Positions 36,627-49,500 of a stretch of DNA of 64,000 bases are shown one piece after another. Position 1 is the first letter of the stretch, and the number at the start of each line of letters is the position of its first letter. Source of the stretch: Anthoceros angustus (taxonomy: Eukaryota > Plantae > Anthocerotophyta); the NCBI GenBank assembly GCA_010909165.1, contig VJWM01000068.1, positions 744,001 through 808,000 on the forward strand, given 5' to 3'. The notes under the pieces were generated by a model. It saw nothing but the letters and a program-made list of their open reading frames with translations, was not told the origin of the DNA and searched no databases. The position numbers and the translations under genes were made by a program.

Positions 36627-39600
36627 ATGCCTCTGGGACAACGTCCAGGGGATAACAGCGAGTCGCGGTATTGCGGGGCAGAAGTTGCCTTCTCTTATGA
36701 CATTGACCAAACCTTAGCCTTTGCATTGAATGGTTCCTTCGACTTCCTTGTCGCACCCTTGGTACGTGATGCTGTTCAAGCTGTAGCTGCTGGGATGTTG
36801 AATTTTGAGCCCTTGTTGCTTAACCTGGCATCCTGATGTTTTGAGACACTGTCCTTTACCGCGTCTTCGTATTCGGGTTTCCAGACAAGTCCGGATTACA
36901 GGCCTAGCAAGTTACAGGACATCGGAGGAGGAACTCCTGTCCCTCCGTTCGCAGGGTCTGATCTAGTTCTTAGTCCGTCTCAGTGGAGTAGTCACATTGT
37001 TGGTGCGTTCCTCGACCAGCTTGTACTTTGGTGCTTGTTGCCCAGGAGACCGTGATTTTTGCATTGCCATCTCGTCACTTATGGAGGCCATCGTATTGCA
37101 TCACAGGGAAGATCAGTTCATGGATCGACCTTGATTCTCAGGACGAGGTAGCACGTTTGGATGGAGAAACTACCCTGAAGCAGGAGCTGGGATGGGCAAG
37201 TCACCTGTCATTGCAGGTATTATTTCTCGACGGTTTATGCATGTTTGGTATTCTTCCCGGTGGGTTTTTTTTATGTCTGCACCAGTGCCTGAACATGGGA
37301 CCAAGCCACTGTGTTACTATCACTGAGTTGTCTTATGTGCTTTAGGCATGTCTGTTGCCCACTCCGAAGGCTCTGAATTGTGGCAACTATGCACGCGGCG
37401 TCAATCAAACACTTCAAGGGCTATCAAACATGCAGGTGCATATGCATCTTCAAAAATGTTGCTGTCGAAGGGTTCTCGTTCCACAAAGTGGATTGGTCCT
37501 GATGTGATGTTGGTGCTGCAAACAGTTATGGTTGCGGATACCCCTTGTGAGTCCCGAATTGCAAGAAGCTGAGGGTACAGCAGCAGAAGATGCTGTCTTC
37601 CTGGTACATTTCCTGAAGTTTTGGATCCTCTCTCTCTTTAAGTTCTTTCATCTCTTATTTGGTCTGTGCTGATCAAGAATTCGATGGATTGGGATTGTGC
37701 AGAAACGGGATGCTATCACCGGGCGCCCTGCAAGTGATTCCTGGGAGTGGTGGAATATGTTTAGAGCACTTTGTGAGCATCACAATCAGCTCTCCGTTGC
37801 CCTTGATATCACGTGAGCTCCATGTTTGATGATGCAACTTTGTGCAGCTGTGGGGGTGGTATTTTTTTGTTTGACGCTTGGTCAGTGCAAAACTCATGGC
37901 CCGTCGCTTTGCACTGATCTAGGGCTTCCTTACCATCTCCAAACTCCATGAAGCGTTGGATCGGAGAACCCCTGAAGGCAGCTGTGGTGCATACTAGTGT
38001 AAGTATTGTGCAGTGTTGCGCCATGGGAGTTTTTGGTTCCATGTTTACTAAAGTTTCCGTGATATGCTTGGTAACTGACGTTTAAAGCTACTGGTGACAA
38101 GCATGGGGCAGGTATTAAAGCAGTCAACTCATCGAACTGTTGGTTGTCGTGTTGCAGGCGTTCTTGACAAATAAACGCGGATATCCCTGTCTATCCAAAC
38201 GGCATCAGAATTTCATTGTGACCCTTTTTAACCACAATGTGCAGGTAATAAAGTCTACTTACTGTGTGGTTTTGCAGTGACTAAGCAAATGTGTTGTCTT
38301 TTGTCAAGGTCTGAAACGTCTTACAATAACTTTCATGGCACAAATGCAGGTTATCATTTCAGGAGAACCCCAGCAGCATGGTAGTGTAGGGGACTTGGGA
38401 GTGACAAGCGAGACAAGCAGTAATGGCTGTGATGGTAGGACACAGCTCTCTTCGTCTTGCAGACCTCAGGATTGACTTACATGTGGTTGAGAATGCAACT
38501 CCATGTCTCTTGCTGCTGTTCACATTGGTTTTATTGAAGTGTCTTCTGTTTGTCCTCTTGCAGACCTAGATGTATCATCTCTGAACCACCCATTAAGGCC
38601 ATACTTGGAGTACATTGCCCACCTGTACAGGCGCATGGATCCTCCTTCAGAACAAGAACGTTTTGAAGTGAGTGGCCTATGGTGCTGGTTTTCAGGTGTC
38701 TGGTATCCTTCACTGTGTCATCAGTCGCAAGACTGTTTCCTGTTTGGTCAATTCGTTTAATTCTTGAGGATCTCATGTGATTGCAGATTGGCTACAGAGA
38801 TTTTCTTCAGGCACCGTTGCAGGTATGCTTCGCTTTCCATTTTATTGTTCTCCCAAGTTAGCTGGCTGGCTGTCATTGCAATTGAACTGTGCATTCTGTT
38901 GAATCAGCCTTTAATGGACAACCTCGAAGCCCAGACATATGAGACCTTTGAAAAGGATGCTACAAAATATCGACAGGTTATGAGCCTAAACCCTTGGATA
39001 TCTCCCCAAAAGTCCTTTCCTAATTTTATAGAGATAGTGTCAATAGTGCCAAGCATATAGCTAGGTAGGTTATTTATTCCCATTTAGGTGATTTGTTAAG
39101 CCCGGAAGGAAAGTGGTTGACCTAGATTCCGTCTATCTTGATTCCGTTTGCACCTATGTTTCTTGTCTGTTGGCCATACCTGACAATCCCATGCCGGTGT
39201 TACATGGGGAGCAGTACCAGAAAGCAGTGCATGCGGCATTGCTTGACCGTGTGCCAGAGAAAGAGAGCTCAACAACGACAGTTGTAAGCTTATCTTACTT
39301 CTGATCGAGCCTTCCGTTGAGCTCTGTTTATAGCTGGATTTGCATCCTCTCCAAGCTTCTGAAAATGGAAATCTGAGCAGGTGCTGATGGTAGTTGGAGC
39401 AGGCAGGGGACCTCTTGTTAGAGCTTCTCTTCAGGTAAGTGTTAAGCAATTAATCTAGAGGCAGGTTCCTCGTTTTGCGTCAGTGTGGAATAAGGACAAG
39501 TTGATGGCAGGCGGCCAAGGAAGCTGGGAGAAAATTGCGCGTTTATGCCGTGGAGAAAAATCCAAATGCCGTAGTCACATTGCATGTACGTCCATCTACT

Positions 39601-41065
39601 TTCTGATAACTTGGGCTGAGTGCCTTGATTCCCAGCTTCTTCCTGACCTTCCTCTATCTTACTTTACTGTATGTGAAAATGCTGTGCAGAGTCTGATCAA
39701 GCTTGAAGGGTGGCAGAAACTGGTCACAGTTGTTTCCAGTGACATGCGGCAGTGGGCTGCGCCCGAGCAGGCTGACATCTTGGTATGTCTCTAATTTTGT
39801 TGGGTGCAGGCCTTTGTTAAATTCGCATCCAATTCTAGGGTTTTGTCAGGTGGATGCTGGAGCTCGGATGAAAAACGTGTGGAATGGTTGCTGATGTGGA
39901 TAGGTGAGCGAGTTGTTGGGGTCTTTTGGAGACAATGAGCTTTCTCCAGAATGTTTGGATGGTGCACAGAGGTTTTTGAAGAAAGACGGAATCTCGATTC
40001 CATCCTCGTAAGTTCCCTACATTCGAAAGCTCGGACTGCAGCACCTGTTCCCTCCCATAGCATTGATTACTCCTGTGACAATTCAGGTATACAAGCTTCA
40101 TTGGACCAATTACAGCTTCGAAACTTTACAACGATGTGAGACAAATTTCCAACTTGACACGTTTGTCTCTCCTGACTTTCCATAGTGATTGGCATGGTCA
40201 GGCAGAGGAAGGGCAGAACCATAACGTCTTAAGAAATCTCTAACTCGGTCGTGTGTGCTGTGTCAGGTGAAGTCTTACAACGACCTTGTGCACTTTGAAA
40301 CAGCCTATGTCGTGAAGCTTCACAGTGTCGCACGATTAGCTCCTCCTAAGCCGGTATAACACCCTTGTGGCTTTGATTATGTGCCGCCTGTGTGGTCGAT
40401 CGTCTATTTTCTCCTAAACTCATGGACGGCGTGGATCAGGTGTTCACTTTTGAGCATCCTAATCCGGACATTAAACCAGACAACAAGCGGTACAAGAAGC
40501 TGCTGTTTGAACTGCCTTCAGACACCGGATCTGCTCTGCTTCACGGTGAGAGAATCCACCATATCCATCATTCTAGGTGCTGGATGTTGTGTTGTGCGTG
40601 TAATTGTGACTTCAGAATTATGCTCCTTTCTGCAGGGTTTGCTGGCTACTTCGATGCTGTCCTTTACAAAGACGTTCACCTCGGGATAGAACCTTCAACA
40701 GCCACGCCAAACATGTTCAGCTGGTAAATTTCATGAACGATCGACAACCCATTTCTCAGCTATTCGATGTCACCTGGCACTGCATTTGTTTGACATGGTT
40801 ACTTTTTCAGGTTCGCCATATTTTTCCCTCTCCGCCAACCAATTTACATACCTGCTGGAGCACTGTTAGAAACTCATTTCTGGCGCTGCGTTGGTCCAAC
40901 AAAGGTGAGCGTTTAACATTTCTGACACTTCGGAATGACTCCTATTAACTGACAAGAACTTCTTGGCTGACTGGCATCCAGGTATGGTATGAGTGGGCGG
41001 TCAGTGCTCCGTCTGTCTCTTCCATTCATAATACGCATGGGCGATCATATTGGGTCGGGCTGTAG
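36627..41065 (+). CDS. PRMT5: Protein arginine N-methyltransferase 5 (SKB1), multi-exon
   Basis: Start [20 protein letters not shown]...FDFLVAPL. Exons read [102 protein letters not shown]. It ends VWYEWAV...[12 protein letters not shown] at 41065. Confidence 0.97.
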
Positions 41066-41161
41066 ACGGAAATGTGGAGTAAATGTTTTGCACACTGGAC
41101 AACAGTGGGAGTTTCTTGATTGCAACGTCGGTGTATCAATTTCAACCTAAGTTAATTTCAC

Positions 41162-42874
41162 CTATACCGCCAATTTTGAATTTTGGCCAAGAAAGTCCGC
41201 ATAGGTATTGTACATTGGTTCTGTGGCCATCACAGATCCAAAAAACTCCGCGACTTTTACCTGCAACGAATTTGTTTACAGGAATTTTTATGCAAAGTGT
41301 TAAAATGGGAAACGTCAAGCTTGTCACCCTTTCCCAGATAGCTACGTGGCATACCTTGTTCAAAGGTCGAGGAAACAGATCTGTCTTGTACTCGGCGTGA
41401 GACAGCAGCAAGGCGGGGTCGTAGGATTGAAATAGGCTGCCAGCAGCAACAACGAGCAATGAAAAAGGCAGCGTACAAGGAAGGATTAGGATGGACATGT
41501 CTTCGTGCTTCTCATTGCCACCCACCTTTGCACCGTGGAATTGCTGTTGATCCTAATATTTTCAAAAAACTGTAGAGTGTAATAGGTGAAACGATCCACC
41601 ACGGAAACTCCTACCTGCAGGTCAATTATAATGCTTTAAGACACCAGACGGAAAGCTTTGAGAGCAAGTTGCATCCACGCATTCCAGAAAGCTAGTTGGG
41701 TTGTCGTCTGAAAGGTAGTAAGGAGTAAGGACTGAGACCATACATCGGGATCAAGGTGATGGGAGTATGAGCTTTCACCCTTAACACTGCTCCCGATTGC
41801 CAGAACACCAGGTGAATACACCTGCACCAGTGTGGACAAACATATTAGCTGGTCGGACAAGACTACTTTCACTCAAGCTCTGTTCCATGTGACAAACCTC
41901 TGAATGAAGGGTCGCAGCTTGACAGGTGTCCACCATCAATAGGACTTCCTTGTACCTGTGTTCCCACACCTTTTACATAAGAGAAGGGCATACATACCGC
42001 TGCAGTAGGCTATACATACAGCTCTGATGGTCATAATTCTAACCCTGAAACTCTGCACCATCCAAACACTTTCACAACATCGCTAAAGACCTTTTCTTTT
42101 CATGCATTTGAGCCAGGGCATCTGCGATGTCCCTACTCTGAACCTCTTCTGCATCCTGGAATTTCAAGAATTTGTCTCCTCCATGTCCTGTCATGTACAC
42201 AAGAATGTGGCTACCCGCATCACTCAATAACCGCTTCGATCGGGGCACTGCTGGGGCATGTCGACCAGTCAAAACACGAAGAAAATTCTCGACTGTCACC
42301 TCATAACCACGATAGTCAACCTGGGCAAACCAAACGTTCGTCATCTCCTTCATAAGCTACATCACTATAAGCTGCACACCAGAGCGCAGGAAGTCACCTC
42401 CACGTTGTCTCCATAGAGATTTATATGATGATTCTTATTGTTGAAAACTTGGGCGGGGTGGCAATTCCTTGAATTGCAGGCCATATCATCCGCCAGCATT
42501 AAAATGATATTGCTGTCGGGTATACCTAACCTCTTCACCGTCCTGCACTCAGCATCCTAGAACATTAGGCGAGAGAGAAGCTCCGGTGCTACCTAGCTCC
42601 AAAACCAACCCAGCACGGACTAAGCTTGCCTGTATAGAGACAGTGTGTTGGCCATGTGGCGGTAATTGAACCTGCAGCACAAGCCATTAGGGCAGAGAAT
42701 ACACAGACGGTCCAGAAAGCAAGTGCGATCTGGGAGATCAAAGGAGAAAACTCACCAATACCGAGAAGTGCAGACAAGGACAGCCCAATTGTTTGTGTGA
42801 GAAGCTGCAACTAGCACTACCAGGATCTGCCATGCCAGAAGCGACCATAACAGCGTCTGACCACAACTCCTCAT
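41162..42874 (-). CDS. GPI8: GPI-anchor transamidase catalytic subunit (peptidase C13), multi-exon
   Basis: Signal peptide [25 protein letters not shown], then [83 protein letters not shown], and last exon [15 protein letters not shown]...KLAV*. Confidence 0.95.
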
Positions 42875-44065
42875 AGCGTTGCAGTGCAAAGTAGAAAGTG
42901 CAACGCTTGACCCCACGCACATTAACCACTGCCCGTAAACCCTGACTCGAGGTTTTGAGCCTACGGGTTCTGCACATGCACTGTAAATGTCAATCCTGGT
43001 AGCTGCCGTCGAAGTAAAGTTTAAACCAAACCATCCTAGCCGGCCATATATGCCGCCACCCTGTGAGAGACAGACATGGACACGTTTACGAGGAACTGCG
43101 AAGGGGCGCCGTGGTCGATATGCTCCTCGTCAGCCTGACAGTGTGGGAGCAGAGGTTGCATCTGGGCTGGCTCTTGTATGGAAAAACGTGGTCTGGGCAG
43201 GACCATCCACAAAAAGAATCGTCACATCTGCTCCACACAAAGAATCACAGGTGCTGGCACCATGGATTTAGACACTGTAACCCCGGTATTATGCTATTAA
43301 TATCTGGTAACGGCACTGTGACCAAGCCCCATCAGAGTGGTTGCAAGGACAAATCCGAGTCAATCCGGTAACACAGCAGGTGGTCAGCATTGCAGTCATG
43401 TGCCCAACAAATCCATGGCAGATGCAGCACGCACATCCTGATTCATTGTCTTAAGCCTAAAAGCAGCCCCAGTCTGCGGAAAGTAACAACTTTGAGGTGG
43501 GCCACAACAGGACAAGGTTACAGACACACAACAGGCACGTCTGCAGTCCCATGCAGGCTGCATTCAGGCAGGCTCTTCCGGGGCGCAGGCCAAGGAATCT
43601 GGAAAGTGCAACAGGTACTGGAGACTCATCAGATGACATGTTGTATGGAGCAACGCGTTCTAGAACCCAGAAATCAATCTGTGTTTGCTAAAACGATGCT
43701 GCGGGGACCACAACACTGCAGTGCCGTCAAGTACCTTATAGGCGCACTTTACAGAGGCGTCATCCAGCCAGGTCTCGAGCAGGGAACGGTGCACACTACA
43801 AATGAAGCAAGCTCGCCTGCCCCCAGCTGTGTGGAATTGGCCTTGCCAGTCGCCTAGAGTAGAGTGTCCGTCATTGGTCTCTCCGGTTCTGTCCACAGGG
43901 AATTCGTCCGCCCCTTTCCAGTGTGCTCCAGCCTCCAAGTTTGACGAGGCGGGGGAGATTTCCAGACTTAGTGTAGTTCCCTCCACGCAGCTTCTCATGC
44001 TCTGATCCTTCCAATTGCCTGTCATCCGTGTTCGCAGGATTCTTGGATTTAGATAGGTCTGCCTC

Positions 44066-44533
44066 TTGTCTCGCAGGATATTTGAATTTTTATTCAGTCC
44101 CCATCCTCCAGGCTGTTGTTCTGCGATGAAGATCGTGTCGGGGCTCATTCCAAGCTCCATAAGAAACTTCATCAAGGAGCAGAAGAATGGCAAGGTGGAA
44201 ATGACAGAGGAAAGGAGGCATGAGATCGCGCAGAAGATCATTGCCAAGACATTAAAGCTGGCAGATCCGCCTGAACGGAGCAAGTGGCGGACTTCTGCGA
44301 TGAGGTTCAGGAAGAAGTTGGCGCCAGCAGTGACCAAAGTGGCTGGTGCCGGTGTCGCACATGTAAGGGATGTTGTGTCGATGCCGGCGAGATTCAGTTT
44401 TGCCGATGCTGGAGGTCGATTCAGCACCGAGGGATTTTCAAGTCCCAGAAGATTCAGTGATGTTGGACTCTTCGGACATCCAAAACGACATGTGACGGGG
44501 GATGAAACGTTGTCGCTGCTGGATGTCGAATGA
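44066..44533 (+). CDS. Hypothetical protein, probably the last exon of an unidentified gene starting near 43050
   Basis: Charged, helix-like composition (SSIRNFIKEQKNGKVEMTEERRHEIAQKIIAKTLKLAD...). No family recognised and the upstream exons are unresolved. Confidence 0.4.
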   Translation: MSRRIFEFLFSPHPPGCCSAMKIVSGLIPSSIRNFIKEQKNGKVEMTEERRHEIAQKIIAKTLKLADPPERSKWRTSAMRFRKKLAPAVTKVAGAGVAHVRDVVSMPARFSFADAGGRFSTEGFSSPRRFSDVGLFGHPKRHVTGDETLSLLDVE

Positions 44534-45007
44534 CAAACGTTCTTGTCTTTAGGGTGTTGAATGAGAAGTGTAACACTGAAGGATGCAAACTGACACAATT
44601 CGAGAGCCAGATGCTTGAGGCTGTCCGCAGATGGAGCTGAATGGAAGCCGAATGTGAGATGGATCTGGGAAGTAGAATTCCTGTGCCCTCCAGCCGCACA
44701 GAATCCAATTTTGAACCCGTGATTCCAAACTGGCCTCCAGTCTGTTGCACTATATACTGCAGTCCACTCGTGTGGATGTGTCAAAGTATTTCGGTTTGAT
44801 TGTTGTTCCAGGGGCATAGTTAGCAGCTGCTGGAACACTATATCCATGTCCCATGGAGCCCTTCCACACTCGCTACGGGAAGGAAAACAGATTCTGCATG
44901 CTGCTTAGGAGACCTTGAGATGGACACATGGAATGACTCTGAGCATGTTTTCTAGTGGAGTAGTTCCATCAGTACCCATATATTCTTTTGTTGCCATGAA
45001 AATATCA

Positions 45008-45233
45008 GAGTTGTTGGGTACCATTCCTACAGTTTGTCATGATAATACTAGTTCAACTCTTGTATCGAATACATTCGAGTTATTGGGTACCATTCTTGCA
45101 ATTTTTCATGATAATACCAGTTCAACTCTTGTATCACATGATAGGCGAATACATTAGAGTTGTTGTTCACCATTCCTGTTGTTTGTCTGATAATACTAGT
45201 TCAACTCTTGTATCACACGATAATACTAGTTCA
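45008..45233. repeat. Degenerate ~70-80-bp tandem repeat with core GATAATACTAGTTCAACTCTTGTATC
   Basis: The core starts at 45041, 45110 and 45189, with a partial copy at 45219. Confidence 0.85.
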
Positions 45234-45397
45234 GCTATTGCATCACATCGTTTTGAAAGAGCGGTAGTTCTCATTACATATTCTCTTCATGCAAACACCC
45301 ACGCCCTACAAAGGAATAATAAACTTGCCTCTAAAAATGCAAATATATATAAGAATACATGCAAGAATGGGTACTTTCATAGTTTTTTCAATGTACC

Positions 45398-45603
45398 GAA
45401 AGGAGGTAGTCATGAAAAGAATGGTTGACTATTATCATATAATAATATATGATAACAACGTGTTGAAAGGAGGTAGTTATGAAAAGAATGGTTGACTATT
45501 ATCATATGATAATATATGATAACAACGTGTTTGAAAGGAGGTAGTCATGAAAAGAATGGTTGACTATTATCATATAATAATAATATATGATAAAAACGTG
45601 TTA
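45398..45603. repeat. 67-68-bp minisatellite x3
   Basis: 'gaaaggaggtagtcatgaaaagaatggttgactattatcatat...atatgataacaacgtg' at 45398, 45465 and 45533. Confidence 0.95.
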
Positions 45604-45893
45604 AAAATATACAAAAGAAGAAAAATCATCACTTGTGGACTGACGTTTATGTTTCAATTATGAACACTTAAGTATTGTTGGTTATATGATGAAATTCATG
45701 ATTGAATAGTGTGTAGCATACGACTAGTTAGAAGAATTGAATTGAATTGGTTATTACAAGGCATACGACTCATGATAGGATTGAGTTGTTTTAAACCCTG
45801 GTAGTGTTTAAAGGCCAATTAGTAATCCATTGCGAATTCCATTCATTGGAAGCTTGCAAATGAATATCTTTGCTAGGCTGATCACAAAGTTCC

Positions 45894-46200
45894 GTGTGCT
45901 TTGTGAGAAGGTATGAATGTATAAGCCTAGCTCGGTGTGCTTTGTGAGAAGGTATGAATGTATAAACCTAGCTCGGTGTGCGTTGTGAGAAATGTATCAA
46001 CTTTGCACAGTGTGCTTTGTAAGAAAGTATAAATCTATCAGCCTTACTTAGTGTGCTTTGTGAGAAGATATAAGTCTATCAGCAGCCTAGCTGAGAGTGC
46101 CTTGTGAGCATGTATGAATCTTTCATCTTTGCCGGTGTGCTTATGGGAAGGTATGCTTTGTGAGAAGGTGTGCTTATGGGAAGGTATGCTTTGTGAGAAG
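45894..46200. repeat. Degenerate 30-45-bp repeats with core GTGTGCTTTGTGAGAAGGTAT
   Basis: About 8 imperfect copies, including an exact ~30-bp doublet at the right end. Confidence 0.8.
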
Positions 46201-46558
46201 GTTCGGAGTTTGTATGTCACATGTCAAAGTCTTTAGCTCGTACTTATATGTGTTTTCTAAAGTTCTAGGTCAGAGGTAAAAAGCAACGGGTTGCTAAGAT
46301 CTCAAAAAGAACCTAGAGAGTCAATTGACCATGCCAATAATGTACAGAAAGCTCAAAAAGACAAGCTCCAACATCAATGCCTCCAATGCGCTACTAGGTA
46401 TTCTAAACCTCCGCATTACGGATACACAAAATTTCTGGCCCTCCCTTGTTGAGCCAGATTCAATGGTTCGCTGTAGGAAATTTACAAAGCCTGCAATGTG
46501 CATCTTTGTCCAATGCAAGGAGAATCTTTTAGGACATCAAATGCCTATCATCACCCGA

Positions 46559-49500
46559 CTATGCCCTGAACAAATACCGCAAATCTGACTCGGACAGCCG
46601 AGTTCTTTGCTCCGTGAGCTCTGTCTCGCCAAAAGCGGAAGCAACCAGCTGCCTTTTATTGTCCTGCACAACCGAGAACAACAAGTCATCAGAAGTGAGT
46701 CAAAGAGGAGCTACATCCTACAGACAGGATTTGTAAACGGTGGACTAACCAACCTGCAACGCTAAAATGCGGTCCTCAATTGTGTTCTTGACTGTGAAAC
46801 GGGACACTTTCACAGGGCGGGTTTGTCCAATGCGATGTGCACGATCAATAGCCTGATCTTCAGTTGTGGGATTCCACCAAATGTCCATCAGCAGGACATG
46901 AGATGCAGAGACCATGTTCAGCCCCAAGCTTGCTGCCTTCAAGGACATGATAATAACATTGACCTGCAAGAATCAAAGCAAGATGAGAAACCAGGTACCT
47001 CAAAGTTGGTCAGTCACACTGGAATATCATCTGGGCATCGATGACCAAGGATAGCAAATACTGACCTCAGGAACTGTGTTGAACTCATGGACAGCGCGAT
47101 CTCTGGCATTAACGGACATAGTACCATCCAGCCGTCTGTAGCAAAATCCTGCTTCCTTCAACGGGGTTTCCAGCAGATCAAGCATGCTTGTCCACTGTGA
47201 AAACACGATAGCCTTTTCCGTTGCAACTGAATGCTTTGTAAGGACATAGCTTTTGTCAACTTCAACCAGCGGACCTGTCTTTTCTCCCTTTACTTCAAGC
47301 CGCCCTCTGTGTGTCAGTACCTCTGATCCAACAGTGTCAGGCAAAATTCCTACCGTCTTGTCAGTCACCTGCAACTTTGGTAGTGCCATAAGTGTACTGA
47401 TGACAGCATCTATCTTAGATGAAGAAACCCAAGCTTGGTGTGCCTCCGAGTCCAGAGTTGACTGCTGGCCCTTCACCAGTGTTGCATCGTCCAATATTGT
47501 GGCCTGGCCATTCAATGCAGCAAGAGAGTACAGTTGAGATGATTTCAGAGCCTTCCTACACCCAGAAAATGGGCAAATTGTATCATCTCCCGCTCCCAGG
47601 TGCTGTAATATGCACTGCTCACAGAAGACATGAGAGCAGGAGGTCACAACTGCTTCCTCAAGGGCATCCTGCAGAGAGATTGAAGGAGTCAGTAACAAAT
47701 CACGAAGGGAACCGGGTGATACAAAGAAAAAATGATCGCAAGATTCACAAAACGATGATGAAAACCCACTTGTGCTTAAGTGGCTAAATAAAATCTGATC
47801 AAATGTCTTTGGAGAAAACAAGGGGATTCAAGCATACATTGCATATGGAGCAGATAGAAATGTTGTCCTCCACCAAGGCCAGCAGCTGCCTTCGCTTGAT
47901 CTCAGGCAATGTGCGAACTGAGTCAACAGTAGATTGCTGGCGACACCGTGAACTAAGGCCCTTTACGAGCTGCCTGTGATCACATGCCTGGCGTAGTCGC
48001 AGCAGCAACCACAATATGTTGACATAGTTGTTCTGAACAGTTCCAGCTGCTGCATACATCTACACCATTCCAAAGTGACAAGGGCACGGCAGGTTAGCTT
48101 GAATATTTCACTTTGTGATAAACAAATATAACAAGCTGGATCAACCAACTATGGAATCAATGCTACTTAAAGACCTACCTGAAACTGCTCCCGAGACTCT
48201 TTCTCAAGACAAGTGTAAAACGCACGTTCATCAGGAGTGAATTCTGCTTGTTTCAGTTCCACAATTCGAGGAGGCAACTTCACTATTGGCTCTCCATCAA
48301 TAAGGGTACCTGGACAAGCTGACAAAGGTTATGCTGCTGTTGTCTGAATTGCAATATACATGAAAAGAGACTAAGAATATGTATCAGCCTGAACAGACTA
48401 GAGAGAGAGTACGTTTTCTTTATCTATGGAACTAAGCTGTTCCAACATAGAGTACTATTCTTGGACCAAGTACTGACCTTTAGTGCGCCGCAGCAGAATT
48501 CCACGTAAAATAGCTTGCAACTCACGATATCCTTCGGCAGGAAACCGGGTGATTTTATCTTTTATTCTGGCCCGAAACTCATTGTATTTATCATATGGTG
48601 AGTATCTCAGAAACCGGAAGTAACTGTAGAGGTCATCAATGGAGTTCTGAATGGGTGTTCCACTCAGACACCACCTCCTCTTGGCCCTCAAACCCCAGGC
48701 AGCACGAGCAACCTGGGTTTTTCCATTCTTAATGCTTTGGGCTTCATCAAGAATAACCCGAAACCATGCAACCCTTGCCAAAGGCCCAGCATCTGAATGA
48801 GCTGCAACACCATCTTGTCCCTCAGTACCTCTCCCCCTTGACTTCTTCCTCCCTTTGTCTGCTTTCTTTGCAGCCTTGGCTTGGAAGAAGCTGTTGTTTA
48901 GCCCGTAGTCACTGTAGTTCCTTTTCTCTTCTTCCTGTTCCTCAGGAGATGGTTGCAAAGGCACCTCCAAACCAAGAATTGAGTATGTGGTCAGCACCAC
49001 ATCATATTTTGCGAGCTCTTCTGGATCACGTGTCCTGCTTCCTCCGTGATATATCACAAATGCAAGTCCTGCATTAGGGGACACTCTGGTCCGTAGTTCA
49101 TTTGCCCATTGTCTCAGCACACTTGTGGGGCACACAACCAGAGTGCCTGCTGCTGGCCTTCCCTTTGCTGGGAAACAAGCACCATGGTTCGACATCTTGT
49201 CATCAACATGACAACGCTCATTTGCTATTGATTCCAGAAGTTCAAATTGTTCCATAGATCGCTTGATTGGAAAACCTTTGCTCTCCTCCTCATCCTCAAT
49301 ATGAACAGTCTGAGGCTCTAGCAGTAAGGGATGTGAATTTTCAGAATCTACATTCCGAGGTGGTGGTCTGTTTTTCAAAATAAGAGAGATCATTGAGATC
49401 GTCTTTCCAAGACCCTAGCACAGACAAGGACATGAACAATGTGAGCATATGAAATGTGCATGCATTCATTCATCTATTTCATTCTAAAGAATGAATTTCG

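Noticed and set aside
41142-41356. Read-through C-terminus of GPI8 given by ORF 41142..41525 (CHVAIW...EINLG)
   Set aside because: A GT-AG intron restores the conserved VxVxxFFGSVM motif in another frame, ending at 41162.
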